Below are positions 45,690 to 47,185 of a DNA stretch of 47,185 bases, piece by piece. The notes under the pieces were generated by a model, which was not told the origin of the DNA, did not search any database, and saw only the letters and a program-made list of their open reading frames with translations. Source of the DNA: a virus. Lineage: Duplodnaviria; Caudoviricetes. Within the stretch, counting starts at the first letter, position 1. Each line of letters starts with the position of its first letter. The DNA lies in the IMG/VR virus record IMGVR_UViG_3300014208_001434, positions 1 to 47,185 of that record. One strand, written 5' to 3'. The translations under genes were made by a program, and so were the position numbers.

Positions 45690-45887
45690 TTATTCGCAGC
45701 TCTGGCAAACGACATTGCCCTGAAGGGGTAACTGGCGGTACCAATTCTGTTCAAATATGGTATTCCCACAGTTGGGGCACTTCCAAGTTTGCCGTATCTG
45801 TTGCATTTGGATATTCATCCGTTCGCGCAGAACTTTCTTGATAGAGTTTCGACGGATAATTTTGCGTGTGCTGGCAGTTATTGTCAT
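45690..45887 (-). CDS. Small zinc-ribbon protein
   Basis: CPNCG...CQSC; overlaps the upstream ORF, start uncertain. Confidence 0.45.
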   Translation of the reverse strand: MTITASTRKIIRRNSIKKVLRERMNIQMQQIRQTWKCPNCGNTIFEQNWYRQLPLQGNVVCQSCE

Positions 45888-46062
45888 AACAATAGTTTTT
45901 TATGATTAGCATTTTTGAATGATAAGCATGGCCTAATTCAACTTCAATTTGCTGTTTTAATTGAAAATCGATGGTTGGGTATACCCTGCAAAAAGCAAAT
46001 TCTAGGGTACGGATATGGCTTTCAATAACCGCCAGCATTGATAGGCTAGGTTGTGGAAACAT
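45751..46062 (-). CDS. Hypothetical protein
   Basis: 103 aa; 3' part overlaps the zinc-ribbon ORF in another frame. Confidence 0.4.
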   Translation of the reverse strand: MFPQPSLSMLAVIESHIRTLEFAFCRVYPTIDFQLKQQIEVELGHAYHSKMLIIKNYCYDNNCQHTQNYPSKLYQESSARTDEYPNATDTANLEVPQLWEYHI

Positions 46063-46384
46063 TTTCCACTATTTCGCCATACAAATCGGCATAATCAATT
46101 ATTCTTTTGTCGTACATAACCGCCCAATCGCGTTCTTGGGCCGCTCCATCGCTATCCTTCCAATCGGGTAAGAATAATACTGTGTCGCAATTTCTTAAAT
46201 GGGGCTTTAAAATGTCCATTGAATCTTGCCAAGGAGTTCCTTGTGGCACAATCTTCATTGGGTTAATAGGTAGGAATCCAAATTCGGTTAACAGTTCTTC
46301 AGTTGCACGGAATTTGTCTAAGCATTTTTGGTAATCTTCGCCGGTAACTTTACCGGCAATGTAAATTTTTTTACTGGTTTCCAT
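46046..46384 (-). CDS. DUF4406 / nucleoside deoxyribosyltransferase-like protein
   Basis: KIYIAGKVTG, INP, CDTVLFLPDWKDSDGAAQE. Confidence 0.8.
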   Translation of the reverse strand: METSKKIYIAGKVTGEDYQKCLDKFRATEELLTEFGFLPINPMKIVPQGTPWQDSMDILKPHLRNCDTVLFLPDWKDSDGAAQERDWAVMYDKRIIDYADLYGEIVENVSTT

Positions 46385-46418
46385 AGAAGTGATTTTTGAG
46401 ACTCTGGGGAGAGCACGT

Positions 46419-46961
46419 TTACATTAGTTTATTTTTGTATGCCCAATTCACTAAATCGGACTTGGCATGAATATTCAATTTTTTGAAAATACGCTGACGG
46501 TGGTTGCGCACAGTATTTGGCGAAATAAAAAGACGTTCTCCAACCTCTTCAACACTTAGTCCAGTGGCATAAAGTATGGCCACATCTTTTTCGCGGTCGC
46601 TGATGGTAGTATTTAATTTTGGTTCGCATATTACCTGATAATCTTTGCAAAATAACCCTTTCAATGGGCATTCAACCCTTTCAAGGCATAGGTTTCCATC
46701 ATCATCAATGTCTGGTTCATGGTCGTTTTTTGAGAAGTTGCAACGTAGGAAACGTGCTACCAACATATATTTACGCTCAGCACCGTTCCAATAGTGCTGC
46801 TTTAACCGTTCGTATGCTTCAGGATAATCCTCCTCAATTTTGTCGGTAATTAGGTTTATCACCTCTTTATCTTCGTTATTGAAGATTCGGAATTCATCTT
46901 TAGTTAGGTCGTTAATTACCAAATTACGTCCCGATGGATCCTTAAAAAATTCGACTAACAT
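46419..46961 (-). CDS. LuxR-type HTH regulator with N-terminal Cys cluster
   Basis: ISDREKDVA...GLSVEEVGERLFISPNTVRNHRQRIFKKL. Confidence 0.88.
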   Translation of the reverse strand: MLVEFFKDPSGRNLVINDLTKDEFRIFNNEDKEVINLITDKIEEDYPEAYERLKQHYWNGAERKYMLVARFLRCNFSKNDHEPDIDDDGNLCLERVECPLKGLFCKDYQVICEPKLNTTISDREKDVAILYATGLSVEEVGERLFISPNTVRNHRQRIFKKLNIHAKSDLVNWAYKNKLM

Positions 46962-47185
46962 GGGAACAGTTCTTTAACGGGTCTACCAACTACTTTAGCT
47001 ATTTGCTCTTTTTCCTGTTCATCAAATTTATTTTCGCGGAGTTTATACCAAAATGTCACATCTGGCATTCCGGTAGCTTCAATGCAAGCCTTACGCAATT
47101 CGACATGTGGGTTTGATTTCTTAAGTTTTTCAAAAAAATCAGAGAACGAAAGTTCTTCATTTTTGAAATAGTCTTTAAAGCTCAT
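46955..47185 (-). CDS. Cro-like small HTH protein
   Basis: 76 aa ending IAKVVGRPVKELFP; first visible gene of the early operon. Confidence 0.6.
   Translation of the reverse strand: MSFKDYFKNEELSFSDFFEKLKKSNPHVELRKACIEATGMPDVTFWYKLRENKFDEQEKEQIAKVVGRPVKELFPC

Larger units (their letters stand above)
1..47185. mobile_element. Temperate prophage (long-tailed, Bacteroidetes-type); right end/repressor and att sites not seen in the window
   Basis: Integrase, terminase, portal-like, S49 protease, capsid-like, tape measure, lysis, primase-helicase and Cro-like genes in one co-oriented block. Confidence 0.95.

Noticed and set aside
1750-46849. Numerous short + strand ORFs in the track
   Set aside because: Antisense shadows of long minus-strand genes, with no motifs.
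1-47185. attL/attR repeats, CI repressor, tRNA or rRNA genes
   Set aside because: None recognisable; the window begins at the int start and ends at the cro-like start.

Overview
The window is almost entirely one temperate, siphovirus-like prophage, probably of a Bacteroidetes host (AT-rich, TAnnTTTG-type promoters). A tyrosine integrase on + converges on a roughly 46-kb minus-strand genome. Read right to left, that genome holds Cro/LuxR-like regulators, a compact diversity-generating retroelement (DGR), two DNA methyltransferases, a primase-helicase, accessory enzymes, a repeat-rich putative origin, head and packaging genes, neck/tail genes, a moron island (HicBA, KilA-N), the tape measure, lysis genes and distal tail genes, including a PKD plus DUF285-repeat protein. 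The best-supported unusual element is the DGR. An 82-nt template repeat (45073-45154) and variable repeat (45256-45337) differ at 16 positions, all template adenines. The target is a 157-aa early-region protein rather than a tail fibre, no recognisable avd is present, and a 105-aa ORF overlaps the RT. A second pattern is a five-copy bipartite motif (GTCCTTT-N20-YANNWTTG) in front of structural and lysis gene blocks, a candidate late promoter. Protein calls come from motif recognition by eye; no database searches were run.
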